Assembly (NCBI GenBank): GCA_945836055.1
Contig: CAMAKJ010000001.1
Location: forward strand, 1 to 51,129
Origin: an uncultured Clostridia bacterium
GTDB taxonomy: Bacteria > Bacillota > Clostridia > Oscillospirales > Oscillospiraceae
Direction: 5' to 3'
Length of the DNA: 51,129 nucleotides
The translations under genes were made by a program, and so were the position numbers. Of the stretch, positions 1-8,151 are shown one piece after another. A model generated the notes under the pieces. The model saw only the letters and a program-made list of their open reading frames with translations. It did not search any database and had not been told where the DNA came from. Within the stretch, counting starts at the first letter, position 1. Every line of letters starts with the position of its first letter.

Positions 1-398
1 AGACCTACAAGCCCATGGAGGCCGAGGAGGCCATGAAGGAGGGCTATGTGGTGGTCTGCGTCCAGACCAAGGGCTACTGGACCCGGGGCGGGCATTACCT
101 GCTGCTGGAAAAGATGTTTGAGGACGGTCAGATTCAGGTGCGGGACTCCAACCTCTACAACTACAAACGATTGAAGAACCACCAGATTGACCGCTTTGAC
201 TTCTCCACTGTCATTCCCTCCGGCGTGGGCTACTGGATTTACGAAAAGAAAATCGTGACCATCCCTCAGTGCGCCCGCTGCGGCAGCCCGGAGACGGAAG
301 GGGCGCCTGCGTCCATGTTCCGGGAGGACTACCTGTGCGAAAAGTGCGGCGCGGCCCTGCTCCGGCGCAATACATATCTGAATTACAGCGGTGTATAA
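1..398 (+). CDS. 3' part of a C39-like (papain-fold) peptidase-domain protein with C-terminal CxxC...CxxC zinc-ribbon-like tail; runs off the window start
   Basis: Frame is open upstream of ATG 15 (acc tac aag ccc atg). GYWTRGGHYLLL...IQVRDS resembles the catalytic His/Asp strands of C39-like peptidases; CARC...CEKC at the C-terminus. Confidence 0.55.
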   Translation, partial: TYKPMEAEEAMKEGYVVVCVQTKGYWTRGGHYLLLEKMFEDGQIQVRDSNLYNYKRLKNHQIDRFDFSTVIPSGVGYWIYEKKIVTIPQCARCGSPETEGAPASMFREDYLCEKCGAALLRRNTYLNYSGV

Positions 399-404
399 CG
401 ACAA

Positions 405-444
405 AAAAGCACGCCTGACCGAAAAACGCGGTCAGGCGCGTTTT
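405..444. terminator. Bidirectional intrinsic terminator after the first CDS
   Basis: aaaagcACGCCTGACCG-aaaaacg-CGGTCAGGCGCgtttt, 7 nt after the stop at 398. Confidence 0.8.
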
Positions 445-480
445 GTCCCTCAGGACTGCGCCGCTTTGTCGGATTTGATC
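405..480. repeat. Direct repeat copy 1: terminator hairpin plus degenerate copy of the last ~10 codons of spo0A
   Basis: 66/76 identical by hand alignment to 2106-2181; minus strand reads IKSDKAAQS* versus LKSAEAAQF* in spo0A. Confidence 0.9.
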
Positions 481-523
481 CGAAATCGTCCCGCCCGGCG
501 TCTGGGAGCGAATAGAGCAGAAT

Positions 524-552
524 TTGACAAATCCAGAGACGATACGTATAAT
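524..552 (+). promoter_or_regulatory. Consensus sigma-A promoter of the membrane-protein cassette
   Basis: TTGACA(524-529)-17 nt-TATAAT(547-552); AAGGAGG precedes ATG 587. Confidence 0.85.
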
Positions 553-586
553 ACGGATGTAGCTTTTCATGAAGGAGGATTCTGCA

Positions 587-2014
587 ATGGGAGAGGTCAA
601 GAGGAAGTCCAGGCCGCGCGCATTTCTGGACTGGTTCTTATCTGACCGGCTGTTTGCCCTGCGGCTGCTGATAACACTGGCTGTCACCGGCACGGTGTTT
701 TACTGCTTCAATTATCTGACCCCCCTGGCGGCTGACGACTATTGGTACACTCGCTCCTTTGCCACCGGAGAACGGATTACCTCGGTGAAGGATATTTTTC
801 CATCCCTTTATGCCCACTATTTTCAGATGAACGGGCGGGTTGTCACTCATTTTCTGGCTCAGCTGTTTCTGATGTTCGACAAGCAGGTGTTCAACCTGAT
901 TAACACTGCGGGCTTTCTGCTTCTGGGTCTGCTGATGGGGTGGCACAGCGGTTTCTTCCGGGGGAAGAAGCGGGCAATCCGGTTCGGGCTGATTTACGCC
1001 CTGCTGTATTGGATCGTGCCGGCCTTCGCGGAGGATTTTCTATGGGTGGATGGTGCCTCCAATTATCTATACGGTATTCTGATCATTCTGATCTATCTCA
1101 TTCCCTTCCGCAGATTGTTGGAGGAGTCCCATGTCCAGAAAGCCCCTCATTTCTTTCGGAAGTGTATCCTGGCTCTGGGAAATCTTGTTTTCGGCGTTAT
1201 CGCCGGCGCTACCAATGAAAATACCGGAGCGGCTCTGATCTTCGTAACCGCTTTGATTTTGGTCATTCACAAGCTTCTGTACCACCGTGGCCTGCGCGCC
1301 TGGATGCTGACAGGCTGGGTTGGCAGCGTAGCCGGCTTCCTGTTCATGCTGCTTGCCCCCTCCAATGCCCTGAGAATCTCCGGCGTTGCCCTGACCAACG
1401 CCGCAGAGCCGGGTGGCGCGTTCTCTCTCATTCCTCACAGCCTGTTCCGCGTTCTTCAGAGTGTGGTATCCGCCCTTAGCTCCATTCTCTGCTACCATTT
1501 GCCCGTGTTTCTGCTGTTCGCGGTGGTACTGATGCTCTATTTTCGCCAGAACGAGCAGGAGCCCCGCCAGACAAAATGGCGCCGGCTTGTACCCTGCATC
1601 GTGTTTTTCACTGCGTCCGCCCTGTCCGCCGGTGCCTTTGTGGTGTCCGTCTCTTCGCCCGAGCGGGTGTGGAGCGGGTCGATCATCTTTGCGCTGATCT
1701 CCATCGGCTGCGTGGTTTCCATTCTGGAATTGGACTGCAAATTGGAGCGGCTGACAATTCAGACAATCCTGCCCGCCATTATCGTGGTATGCACACTGGC
1801 AAGCTGTGTCAACACCGCCTGGGAGCTGAACAAGGTTTATGTGCAGCACAACGACCGGATTGAACGTGCCATCGCGCGGAAGGAAGCGGGAGAAGAGAAT
1901 TTCACCATGGAGCCTATCAACAGCGTTTCCCGGTTCTGCCTCTTTGAGACGCTGGGAGACACTACCAGTGGTGACTTCCTGGCAGACTTCTATGGCGGGA
2001 AAGACTCGCAATAA
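587..2014 (+). CDS. Polytopic membrane protein, DUF6056 / GT-C (GtrII-like) putative glycosyltransferase
   Basis: Many hydrophobic segments; LTPLAADDYWY and HYFQMNGRVVTH after TM1, and W-DGASNYL and GATNEN motifs typical of DUF6056. Start moved to 587 because of SD spacing. Confidence 0.7.
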   Translation: MGEVKRKSRPRAFLDWFLSDRLFALRLLITLAVTGTVFYCFNYLTPLAADDYWYTRSFATGERITSVKDIFPSLYAHYFQMNGRVVTHFLAQLFLMFDKQVFNLINTAGFLLLGLLMGWHSGFFRGKKRAIRFGLIYALLYWIVPAFAEDFLWVDGASNYLYGILIILIYLIPFRRLLEESHVQKAPHFFRKCILALGNLVFGVIAGATNENTGAALIFVTALILVIHKLLYHRGLRAWMLTGWVGSVAGFLFMLLAPSNALRISGVALTNAAEPGGAFSLIPHSLFRVLQSVVSALSSILCYHLPVFLLFAVVLMLYFRQNEQEPRQTKWRRLVPCIVFFTASALSAGAFVVSVSSPERVWSGSIIFALISIGCVVSILELDCKLERLTIQTILPAIIVVCTLASCVNTAWELNKVYVQHNDRIERAIARKEAGEENFTMEPINSVSRFCLFETLGDTTSGDFLADFYGGKDSQ

Positions 2015-2105
2015 CACCGGGCGAACCGGTTTTATGAATGGTAACGCCGCCCTGGCTGCTCCCTCGGAAGGACGCGTCCGACGGGCAGCATAGGCGCATC
2101 ATGAC

Positions 2106-2181
2106 AAAAGCACGCCTGACCGGGAAACACGGTCAGGCGCGTTTTGTATCTCAGAACTGCGCCGCTTCGGCGGACTTGAGC
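2106..2181. repeat. Direct repeat copy 2: spo0A terminator plus functional spo0A 3' end
   Basis: Hairpin at 2106-2145 and spo0A stop at 2151-2153; matches 405-480. Confidence 0.9.
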
Positions 2182-2930
2182 TGGAGCTGCAATTTGTCCG
2201 CGATGAGGGCGATGAACTCACTATTGGTGGGCTTGCCCTTGGTGTTGGAAACGGTGTAGCCGAAGAACCTTTGCAGGGTGTCCAGGTCGCCCCGGTCCCA
2301 GGCCACCTCGATGGCATGGCGGATGGCCCGTTCCACCCGACTGGGGGTGGTGCCGAAGGTTTTCGCTACCTGGGGGTACAAGACCTTCGTGATGGCGTTG
2401 ATGACATCCATGTCGTTGACCGCGATGATGATGGCCTCCCGCAGATACTGATAGCCTTTGATGTGGGCAGGGACGCCGATTTCGTGGATGATGTTTGTCA
2501 CCATGGTCTCGATACTGGTCTTGTCCGGACGGCGCTTTTCCGGAGAACGCAGGCTCTCCCCGCCCCGGATTTCCTCCAGCCGCTCCACCAGAGCGGTCAT
2601 GTCGCAGGGCTTCAGCATCAGATACCGAACCCCCAGATTGGCCGCCGCCGTGGATACATATTCGGTCACAAAGGCCGAGGTGGCCAGGGTGACGGGACGG
2701 CGTTCCATGCCGGAAATCGCCTTGAGCACCCCAATGCCGTCCTTCTTGCTCAGCATCAGATCCAGCACCAGTACGTCAGGCTTCCGCTCAGGAATCATGG
2801 CAATGGCCTGTTCCCCATCGTTGGCCGTTCCCACTACCTGAAAACCGTCGGCGCGCTGCAGCGCGGCGCTCAGAGCGGTGCAAAAATCTTCAGCGCTGTC
2901 CGCGATGAATACGGTTGTTACATGTTCCAT
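2151..2930 (-). CDS. spo0A: Sporulation master regulator Spo0A
   Basis: N-terminal receiver domain plus hallmark [50 protein letters not shown]. Confidence 0.98.
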   Translation of the reverse strand: MEHVTTVFIADSAEDFCTALSAALQRADGFQVVGTANDGEQAIAMIPERKPDVLVLDLMLSKKDGIGVLKAISGMERRPVTLATSAFVTEYVSTAAANLGVRYLMLKPCDMTALVERLEEIRGGESLRSPEKRRPDKTSIETMVTNIIHEIGVPAHIKGYQYLREAIIIAVNDMDVINAITKVLYPQVAKTFGTTPSRVERAIRHAIEVAWDRGDLDTLQRFFGYTVSNTKGKPTNSEFIALIADKLQLQLKSAEAAQF

Positions 2931-2995
2931 TACAGTCCTCTCCTGTCATGTAAAGATAAATTTGCTCCCCATGCCACGGATCACGAAGACCCATG

Positions 2996-3122
2996 TGCGA
3001 CAAATAAAGAATAGCATGAACTTTACACTTTTGCAAGGAAAAACAGACAAAATCGATCGTCAAAAACGGCGATAAATCGACAGAAATCGGATGAAATAAG
3101 AACTATTCAACAATTTTCGACA
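2996..3122. promoter_or_regulatory. Cluster of Spo0A boxes upstream of spo0A
   Basis: TTCGACA (perfect reverse of TGNCGAA) at 3116; one-mismatch copies at 3106, 3076, 3056 and 2996. Confidence 0.7.
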
Positions 3123-3146
3123 AAATAACGCAAAGACGGTTTCCCG

Positions 3147-3175
3147 TTGACGGGACAGCCGATCCGGTGTAGAAT
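3147..3175 (+). promoter_or_regulatory. Sigma-A promoter for pepF and the M18 peptidase
   Basis: TTGACG-17 nt-TAGAAT; AGGAGG before ATG 3206. Confidence 0.7.
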
Positions 3176-3205
3176 ATACGCAAATCCTTACAGGAGGTAT
3201 TTTTC

Positions 3206-4972
3206 ATGAACGAAGTATGGAACCTTGACCCCATTTACCGGGGGTTTGACGACTCGGCATTTGCCGGGGACTTGAAAAAACTGGAAGAACTGACCGGGGC
3301 ATACGCCGCCTTTGTTTCGGAGCTGCCCGGGAAGCAGCCCCTGGAGGGACTGAAAGAAGGCATCCGGCTGGAGGAAGGGCTGACCGTGACGGCCTCCAGG
3401 CTGTTTGAGTACGCGTCCCTGCGCCAGTCGGCCAACACCCGGGACGCTGAGGCCGGGTCCCGCCTGGGACAGGTGATGCAGATTGTCAGCGCCTCCGCCG
3501 GAGCCCAGGCGGCGTGGCGGGAATGGGCGTCGAAGCTCCCCAACCTGATGGCGCTGGTGAACGGCGACGGGGAGCTGAAGGACTACGCCTTCCTGTTTGA
3601 AAACCTGCGGAAAAACAGCACCCATCTGCTGGGTAGTCTGGGGGAGGAAATCAGCGCTCGGATGTCCCTCTCCGGAAGCAATGCCTGGAGCGACCTGCAG
3701 GGGTATCTCACCAGCACCGTGCCGGTTTCCTACAACGGCGGCACCACCAACCTCTCCGCCATCCGCAATCTTGCCTACGACCCTGATCCCCGGGTGCGCA
3801 AAGCGGCCTACGAGGCGGAGCTGGCCTGCTACGACCGGATCAAGGATTCCGTGGCCTTCGCCCTGAATTCCATCAAGCTGGAAACCCTCTCCGACTGTGC
3901 CCTGCGGGGCTACCCCTCGCCCCTTGACCGGACGCTGGAGCAGTCCCACATGAAGCGGGAGACCCTCCAGGCCATGCTGGGGGCGATGGAGGAGTACATG
4001 CCAAAATTCCGGCAGTATCTCAAGGCCAAGGGCAAGGCTCTGGGCCATGAAAACGGCCTGCCCTGGTATGATCTGTTTGCCCCCATGGGCGCCTCTGCGG
4101 CCCGGTATACCGCTGAGGACGCCAAGGCGATTTTGGTGGAGCTGTTTTCCTCCTTCGATGAGGAGCTGGCGCAGATGGTGGAGCGGGCCTTTGACGAGGC
4201 CTGGATCGACTTCTACCCCCGGGACGGCAAAACCGGCGGCGCTTTCTGCGCCGGGGTGGAGTGCCTGGGACAGAGCCGGATTCTCACCAACTTTGACGGA
4301 ACCTTCGGCAGCGTTGTGACCCTGGCCCATGAGCTGGGCCACGCCTTCCACAACCAGTGCCTCCGGGAGCAGCGCCCCCTGAACCGGGACTACTCCATGC
4401 CCGTGGCGGAGACGGCCTCCACCTTCAACGAATGCGTGGTCATGGCCGCGGCCATCAGCCGGGCCAAGAGCCGGGAGGAGAAGCTGGCGCTGATCGAATC
4501 CCAGCTGCAGGACGCCACCCAGATCATCTGTGACATTGATTCCCGCTACCTCTTTGAGAGTATGGTGCTGGAGAACCGGGGGGAGCGGTTCATGGACGCG
4601 GACACCCTGTGCGGCATGATGACCAAGACCCAGGAGCTGACCTACGGCGACGGCCTTGACCCCAACTTCCGCCACCCCTATATGTGGATCTGCAAGAGCC
4701 ACTACTACGGCGCCACCTTCTACAATTTCCCCTACGCCTTCGGCGGCCTGTTCGCCCGGGGGCTGTACGCCCGCTACGAGCAGGAGGGGGCATCCTTCGT
4801 GCCAAAATACAAGCAGCTGCTGCGCACCACGCCTGTGGCCACCGCCGAGGATACCGCCCTGGTGGCGGGCATTGACCTGACCGATCGGGCCTTCTGGCGC
4901 AGCGCCCTGCAGACCATCGCGGATCAGATTGACCTGTTCTGCCAGCTTGTGAGTGAAAAGGAGGAAAGCTGA
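3206..4972 (+). CDS. pepF: M3B family oligoendopeptidase F
   Basis: WNLDPIY N-terminus, GKTGGAFC, HELGHAFH zinc motif, AETASTFNE, FYNFPYAFG. Confidence 0.92.
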   Translation: MNEVWNLDPIYRGFDDSAFAGDLKKLEELTGAYAAFVSELPGKQPLEGLKEGIRLEEGLTVTASRLFEYASLRQSANTRDAEAGSRLGQVMQIVSASAGAQAAWREWASKLPNLMALVNGDGELKDYAFLFENLRKNSTHLLGSLGEEISARMSLSGSNAWSDLQGYLTSTVPVSYNGGTTNLSAIRNLAYDPDPRVRKAAYEAELACYDRIKDSVAFALNSIKLETLSDCALRGYPSPLDRTLEQSHMKRETLQAMLGAMEEYMPKFRQYLKAKGKALGHENGLPWYDLFAPMGASAARYTAEDAKAILVELFSSFDEELAQMVERAFDEAWIDFYPRDGKTGGAFCAGVECLGQSRILTNFDGTFGSVVTLAHELGHAFHNQCLREQRPLNRDYSMPVAETASTFNECVVMAAAISRAKSREEKLALIESQLQDATQIICDIDSRYLFESMVLENRGERFMDADTLCGMMTKTQELTYGDGLDPNFRHPYMWICKSHYYGATFYNFPYAFGGLFARGLYARYEQEGASFVPKYKQLLRTTPVATAEDTALVAGIDLTDRAFWRSALQTIADQIDLFCQLVSEKEES

Positions 4973-6252
4973 TGGACAGCCGCACCCAAGCCCTGTGCGC
5001 CTTTCTGGACGCATCCCACAGCGTCTACCACGCCCAGGCGTATCTGAGCAAAACCCTGGAGGAGAAGGGGTATGTCCGGCTTTTTGAGCAGGAGGAATGG
5101 AGCCTTCTTCCCGGGGGAAAATACTATCTGACCCGGGGCGGTTCGGCTCTTCTGGCCTTCCGGGTGCCCCGGGGAGAGATTACGGGCTTTACCATGAGCG
5201 CCAGCCACTCCGACCGCCCCGGCTTCAAGGTCAAGGAGAATTTTGAACTGACCTCCGCTTACACCCGGGTGGCGGTGGAGCGCTACGGCGGTATGCTCAT
5301 CGCCCCCTGGCTGGACCGCCCGCTGTCCATCGCGGGACGAGTGACGGTGGAAACGGAAAACGGGGTGCAGACGAAGCTGCTGGACATTGACCGGGACCTG
5401 CTGCTGATTCCCAACGTGGCCATTCACATGAACCGCCAGGCCAACGACGGCTATAAGTGGAACCCGGCGGTGGACGTGATCCCCCTCGCCGGCGGAAAGG
5501 ACGCCGCCGGAAAGCTCCCTGCCCTGCTGGAAAGGGAAGCGGGGGGGAGGATTCTGGGGCAGGATCTGTATCTTTACATCCGGCAGAAGGCCTCGGTCTG
5601 GGGTGTAGACGGAGAATATATTTCCGCCGCAGCTCTGGACGATCTGGAATGTGCCTGGGGCTGCACCCAGGGCTTCCTGAACGCAAAGGAAAGCCGGGCC
5701 ATCCCGGTGCTGTGCGTCTTTGACAGCGAGGAGGTGGGCTCCTGCTCGCCCCAGGGCGCGGCGTCCGGACTGCTGGAGGCGGTTCTGGGCAGAATCTGCG
5801 ACGGGCTGAATCTGAACCTGAGCCGGATGCTGGCTCAGTCCTTCCTGGTGTCGGCAGACAATGCCCACGCCGTACATCCCAACCACCCCGAGTACGCAGA
5901 CCCCGCCAACGCCCCGGTGATGGGCGGGGGCATCGTGCTGAAATTCAACGCCAACCTCAGCTACTGCACCGACGCACTGTCTGCGGGAATCTTCCGGAAA
6001 ATCTGCGCCAAGGCGGGGGTGAAGGTGCAGTCCTTCCACAACCGGGCGGACATGCCCGGCGGCTCCACCCTGGGACGCATTTCCCTGGCCCATGTGAGCG
6101 TGCCCACGGCGGACATCGGCCTTGCCCAGCTGGCCATGCACTCGTGCTGCGAGACGGCTGCCGTTTCCGACGAGATTGATCTGGAAACCGCCATGACCGT
6201 TTACTACGGCTCTGCGCTGGAAGCCACCCGGAACGGATTCTCTGTGACCTGA
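4972..6252 (+). CDS. M18 family (aspartyl) aminopeptidase
   Basis: SHSDRPGFKVK, VERYGG...WLDRPLSIAGR, IPNVAIHMNR, FDSEEVGS, SADNAHAVHPN, GGSTLG, QLAMHS; start overlaps the pepF stop. Confidence 0.93.
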   Translation: MDSRTQALCAFLDASHSVYHAQAYLSKTLEEKGYVRLFEQEEWSLLPGGKYYLTRGGSALLAFRVPRGEITGFTMSASHSDRPGFKVKENFELTSAYTRVAVERYGGMLIAPWLDRPLSIAGRVTVETENGVQTKLLDIDRDLLLIPNVAIHMNRQANDGYKWNPAVDVIPLAGGKDAAGKLPALLEREAGGRILGQDLYLYIRQKASVWGVDGEYISAAALDDLECAWGCTQGFLNAKESRAIPVLCVFDSEEVGSCSPQGAASGLLEAVLGRICDGLNLNLSRMLAQSFLVSADNAHAVHPNHPEYADPANAPVMGGGIVLKFNANLSYCTDALSAGIFRKICAKAGVKVQSFHNRADMPGGSTLGRISLAHVSVPTADIGLAQLAMHSCCETAAVSDEIDLETAMTVYYGSALEATRNGFSVT

Positions 6253-6303
6253 AAACCGTCAAACCGACCAAAACAACGGCGAAAGAATTGTAAGACTCTA
6301 CCA

Positions 6304-6332
6304 TTGCGAACCCTTGCCGGATATGGTAAAAT
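6304..6332 (+). promoter_or_regulatory. Sigma-A promoter of msmX
   Basis: TTGCGA-17 nt-TAAAAT with extended -10 TG. Confidence 0.65.
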
Positions 6333-6405
6333 GTGCATATCCAGGTGGATCATGTCTACTCCACACAATAGGCATGGTACCGCTATAATTAAAGGAGGAT
6401 AAAAC

Positions 6406-6512
6406 CGATGGCGCACGGTACGGCAGTGTGGAGACCTGTCGTAATGCTCCCGGAATTTCACCTTCCGGGCAAGCGAGAACGCATGCGAAAATGGTAGGTG
6501 CGTTCAGCGTCG
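6406..6512 (+). ncRNA. Candidate structured cis-regulatory RNA in the msmX leader
   Basis: Three hairpins (tacggcag/ctgtcgta, cccggaa/ttccggg, gaacgcat/gtgcgttc) enclosed by cgatg/cgtcg. Confidence 0.5.
6408..6497 (+). CDS. Candidate 29-aa leader uORF (MAHGTAVWRPVVMLPEFHLPGKRERMRKW)
   Basis: Preceded by AAAGGAGG at 6391-6398; lies wholly within a multi-hairpin leader. Confidence 0.4.
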   Translation: MAHGTAVWRPVVMLPEFHLPGKRERMRKW

Positions 6513-6520
6513 AAAACAGT

Positions 6521-7711
6521 ATGGCAAGTTTGACCCTGAAGAACATCAAGAAGATCTACCCCTTCAACGGCGACGACGCAAAGAAGAAGAAAAAGAAGAA
6601 GGGCGAACCCGAGAAGAAGAGCAACCTGCAGATCACTGACAAGGGCGTCGTGGCTGTGCAGGAGTTCAGCCTGGAAATCGCGGACAAGGAGTTCATCGTC
6701 CTGGTCGGCCCCTCCGGCTGCGGTAAGTCCACCACCCTGCGTATGATCGCTGGCCTGGAAGAGATCTCCGAGGGCGAACTGTACATCGGCGACCGCCTGG
6801 TCAACGACGTGGCTCCCAAGGACCGCGATATCGCCATGGTCTTCCAGAACTACGCACTGTACCCCCATATGACCGTTTACGAAAACATGGCCTTCGCTCT
6901 GAAGCTGCGCCATACTCCCAAGGACGAAATCGACAAGAAGGTTAAGGAAGCTGCTGAGATCCTGGACATCACCCAGTACCTGGGCCGTAAGCCCAAGGCT
7001 CTGTCCGGCGGTCAGCGTCAGCGTGTTGCCATCGGCCGCGCCATCGTCCGTAACCCCCAGGTCATGCTGATGGACGAGCCCCTGTCCAACCTGGACGCCA
7101 AGCTGCGTAACCAGATGCGTGCTGAGATCATCAAGCTGCGTCAGCGCATCAACACCACCTTCATCTACGTTACCCACGACCAGACCGAGGCCATGACCCT
7201 GGGCGACCGGATCGTCATCATGAAGGACGGCTTCATCCAGCAGATCGGCACACCTCAGGAGGTCTTCAATCATCCTTACAACCTGTTCGTCGCTACCTTC
7301 ATCGGTACGCCTCAGATGAACATGTTCGAGAACGCCAAGCTGGTGAAGGTTGACGGCAAGTACGCCGTTCAGCTGGACAACCAGACCGTGGTTCTGTCCG
7401 ACGAGAAGCAGGCTGCTCTGGCCAAGAACAATGTGGCTGAGCAGGATGTGGTTCTGGGCGTCCGTCCCGAGCACGTTGAGCTGACCGCCGGCGGCATCGA
7501 GGGCAAGGTCGACGTGTCCGAAATGATGGGCTCCAGCGTCCACCTGCATGTCACCTCCATGGGCCGCGACGTGGTTCTGGTGGTCTCCACCATGAACATG
7601 ACCGGCGCCGAGGTCGCTGCCCTGTCCAGCGGCTCCACCGTTCACTTCTCCTTCCCCGGCCATGTGTGCCACATCTTCTCCAAGGAGACCGGCATCAATC
7701 TGGAAGCCTGA
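6521..7711 (+). CDS. msmX: Orphan multiple-sugar ABC transporter ATPase (MsmX/MsmK/UgpC family)
   Basis: MASLTLKNIKKIYP start, Walker A GPSGCGKST, AMVFQNYALYPHM, LSGGQRQR, DEPLSNLDAKLR, C-terminal TOBE region (LGVRPEH). No permease adjacent. Confidence 0.93.
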   Translation: MASLTLKNIKKIYPFNGDDAKKKKKKKGEPEKKSNLQITDKGVVAVQEFSLEIADKEFIVLVGPSGCGKSTTLRMIAGLEEISEGELYIGDRLVNDVAPKDRDIAMVFQNYALYPHMTVYENMAFALKLRHTPKDEIDKKVKEAAEILDITQYLGRKPKALSGGQRQRVAIGRAIVRNPQVMLMDEPLSNLDAKLRNQMRAEIIKLRQRINTTFIYVTHDQTEAMTLGDRIVIMKDGFIQQIGTPQEVFNHPYNLFVATFIGTPQMNMFENAKLVKVDGKYAVQLDNQTVVLSDEKQAALAKNNVAEQDVVLGVRPEHVELTAGGIEGKVDVSEMMGSSVHLHVTSMGRDVVLVVSTMNMTGAEVAALSSGSTVHFSFPGHVCHIFSKETGINLEA

Positions 7712-7724
7712 TTTTCCGTCTTCC

Positions 7725-7759
7725 AAACGGGCCTGCCTTTACCGGCAGGCCCGTTTTTT
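7725..7759 (+). terminator. Intrinsic terminator after msmX
   Basis: aaacgggcctgcc-tttacc-ggcaggcccgtttttt. Confidence 0.88.
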
Positions 7760-7920
7760 ACAGGACATACCGGATGCGGGGAGAAAGCTCTGACACTGCG
7801 GCTTCTCCGGCGGCGGGACCGAAACGGTGTCTGGGTTGGTATAGATGCCGGAAAAAGTGGAAATAATCAGGTGGTTCTTACCAAAAATGGGAAAAAGTTT
7901 GTTTTCACGCTTGGTTTTAC

Positions 7921-7949
7921 TTGACAAATCGGGGAAGACGTATTATTCT
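7921..7949 (+). promoter_or_regulatory. Sigma-A promoter of glgP
   Basis: TTGACA-17 nt-TATTCT. Confidence 0.65.
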
Positions 7950-7970
7950 AAATGTGTCTTTCCCTGATTA

Positions 7971-7984
7971 TGGAAACGTTTCAA
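7971..7984. promoter_or_regulatory. LacI/CcpA (cre-like) operator
   Basis: TGGAAACGTTTCAA, a palindrome centred on CG, just downstream of the promoter. Confidence 0.6.
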
Positions 7985-8151
7985 TTTTGAAGGAAGCACC
8001 CTTCCCGCCCGGTAGGGGGGAGACCTTTTCACCGTACCATATTCAACCGGACAGGGCGTCGGGAATAGGATGAGTGCACAATACGGATCCTTGCCAACCC
8101 GAAATGAAAAAGCAACGGCGGTCAATCCGCTTTTAAGAATGGAGAGCGAAC

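Noticed and set aside
391-645. Short ORFs 391-645 and 2038-2259 sharing KARLTxKxGQARFV
   Set aside because: The similarity is just translation of the duplicated terminator, not a protein family.
6492-6524. T4 gene 60-style ribosomal hop from TGG-TAG to the next TGG at 6522
   Set aside because: Landing there resumes in the wrong frame (CAA GTT TGA).
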